From Candidatus Binatia bacterium (GTDB lineage: Bacteria; Desulfobacterota; Binatia; HRBIN30), in contig JBBRSP010000009.1 in NCBI GenBank assembly GCA_038245295.1, forward strand, positions 96,001 to 160,000: a stretch of DNA of 64,000 bases, in the 5' to 3' direction. Under the pieces are notes generated by a model. It did not search any database, had not been told where the DNA came from, and was given only the letters and a program-made list of their open reading frames with translations. Below, one piece after another: positions 63,098-64,000 of the stretch. The first letter of the stretch is position 1, and every line of letters begins with the position of its first letter. Made by a program: the position numbers and the translations under genes.

Positions 63098-64000
63098 TTA
63101 CGCGATTTTCGAGGGCAGGCGCACCTGGAAGCAGCTGCCAGCGCCAAGAGTACTGGTCAGATGCACCGCACCACCATGCGCCTCGACGAGCGATCGGACG
63201 ATGAACAGCCCAAGGCCGGAGCCACCTTTGGAGCGGCCCTCGCCCGTTTGACGGTAGCGATCGAACAAACTGGGAATCTCCTCGGGGGCAATGCCGGGGC
63301 CTGTATCGGTAACGGATACGATCACCCACGAGGCGTCCAGTTCGGAGCGGATCGTGATCTGCCCAGAGCTGGGCGTGAATTTCAGTGCGTTGTTGAGCAG
63401 GTTGCTGAACACGCGTTCCAGCGCCATGGGGTCGGCATCGATGACGGGCAGCTCGGCTGCCAGGTTCAGGTCCAACGTGCTCTGGTGACTGGCGCGTTCA
63501 CCCACCAAGGCTCGGGAGACTTCCCGGAGCAGGTCGTTCACGCTCACCGGTTGTCTGGTGAGCGTTAGCTCGCCAGACTCCAACTGCGAGGCCTGAAGGA
63601 AATTGCTCAAGAGCGCCAACGCGCTATCGACACTTCTCTTCGCAGCGCCGGCTATTTCGCGACCTTCGACGGAGAGATCTTCATCTTCGAGCAAGATAGT
63701 CGTGGCGCCGTGGATCACCGCAAGCGGGTTTCTGAGATCGTGCGCCACCATCGCCATAAAGTCGGCGCGCAGCTGTTCGAGCCGCTTGCGATCGGTGATG
63801 TCGCGTACGTTCAGAATGGTGCCTCGCGTATTGGGATCGTCGACCAGCGCCGTCCCGGCGATCTCCACAGCAGTCCACGATCCATTCAAATGTCGCAGCC
63901 TGGCTTCGGCTTGGTATTGCTCATGAGAGGCGGTGGAGGCAAAACCACCGTACAATGCCGGGTAGTCGTCGGCATGCACGTATCGCGTCGCACTCGTACC
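63098..64000 (-). CDS. PAS sensor histidine kinase (5' part lies outside the window)
   Basis: RDITDRKR, AHDLRNPL, NLLNNALKFT, DTGPGI, GSGLGL. Confidence 0.9.
   Translation of the reverse strand, partial: GTSATRYVHADDYPALYGGFASTASHEQYQAEARLRHLNGSWTAVEIAGTALVDDPNTRGTILNVRDITDRKRLEQLRADFMAMVAHDLRNPLAVIHGATTILLEDEDLSVEGREIAGAAKRSVDSALALLSNFLQASQLESGELTLTRQPVSVNDLLREVSRALVGERASHQSTLDLNLAAELPVIDADPMALERVFSNLLNNALKFTPSSGQITIRSELDASWVIVSVTDTGPGIAPEEIPSLFDRYRQTGEGRSKGGSGLGLFIVRSLVEAHGGAVHLTSTLGAGSCFQVRLPSKIA

Overview
GC-rich bacterial chromosomal segment that probably lies near the replication origin. The gene styles (Cys-bridged dockerin-like/PT-linker secreted proteins, zinc-ribbon cyclase-AAA-TPR, split atp operon) suggest Binatota/'Deltaproteobacteria'; this is an inference. 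Core content: fbaB, tRNA-Thr(UGU), sdhCAB, a minus-strand block mnmE-mnmG-rsmG-[2 x parS]-parA-parB-bactofilin-atpF'FHAGDC, and ada/alkA-ogt. The first 26 kb holds four large secreted modular proteins. Three carry dockerin-like domains, one of these also has a cohesin-like domain, and a GT-C glycosyltransferase lies between two of them. The 27-43 kb stretch is a decaying accessory region: orphan antitoxins with collapsed or missing toxins, two REP-associated tyrosine transposase (RAYT-like) pseudogenes, a folE-BLUF pair inside ~50-bp direct repeats, a glycosyltransferase trio and gene remnants. At least four families of REP-like palindromes and MITEs are present. They include a nested MITE, a 45-bp tandem array, and one repeat copy translated in-frame inside alkA. 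All functional calls come from motif recognition by eye; no database searches were run.
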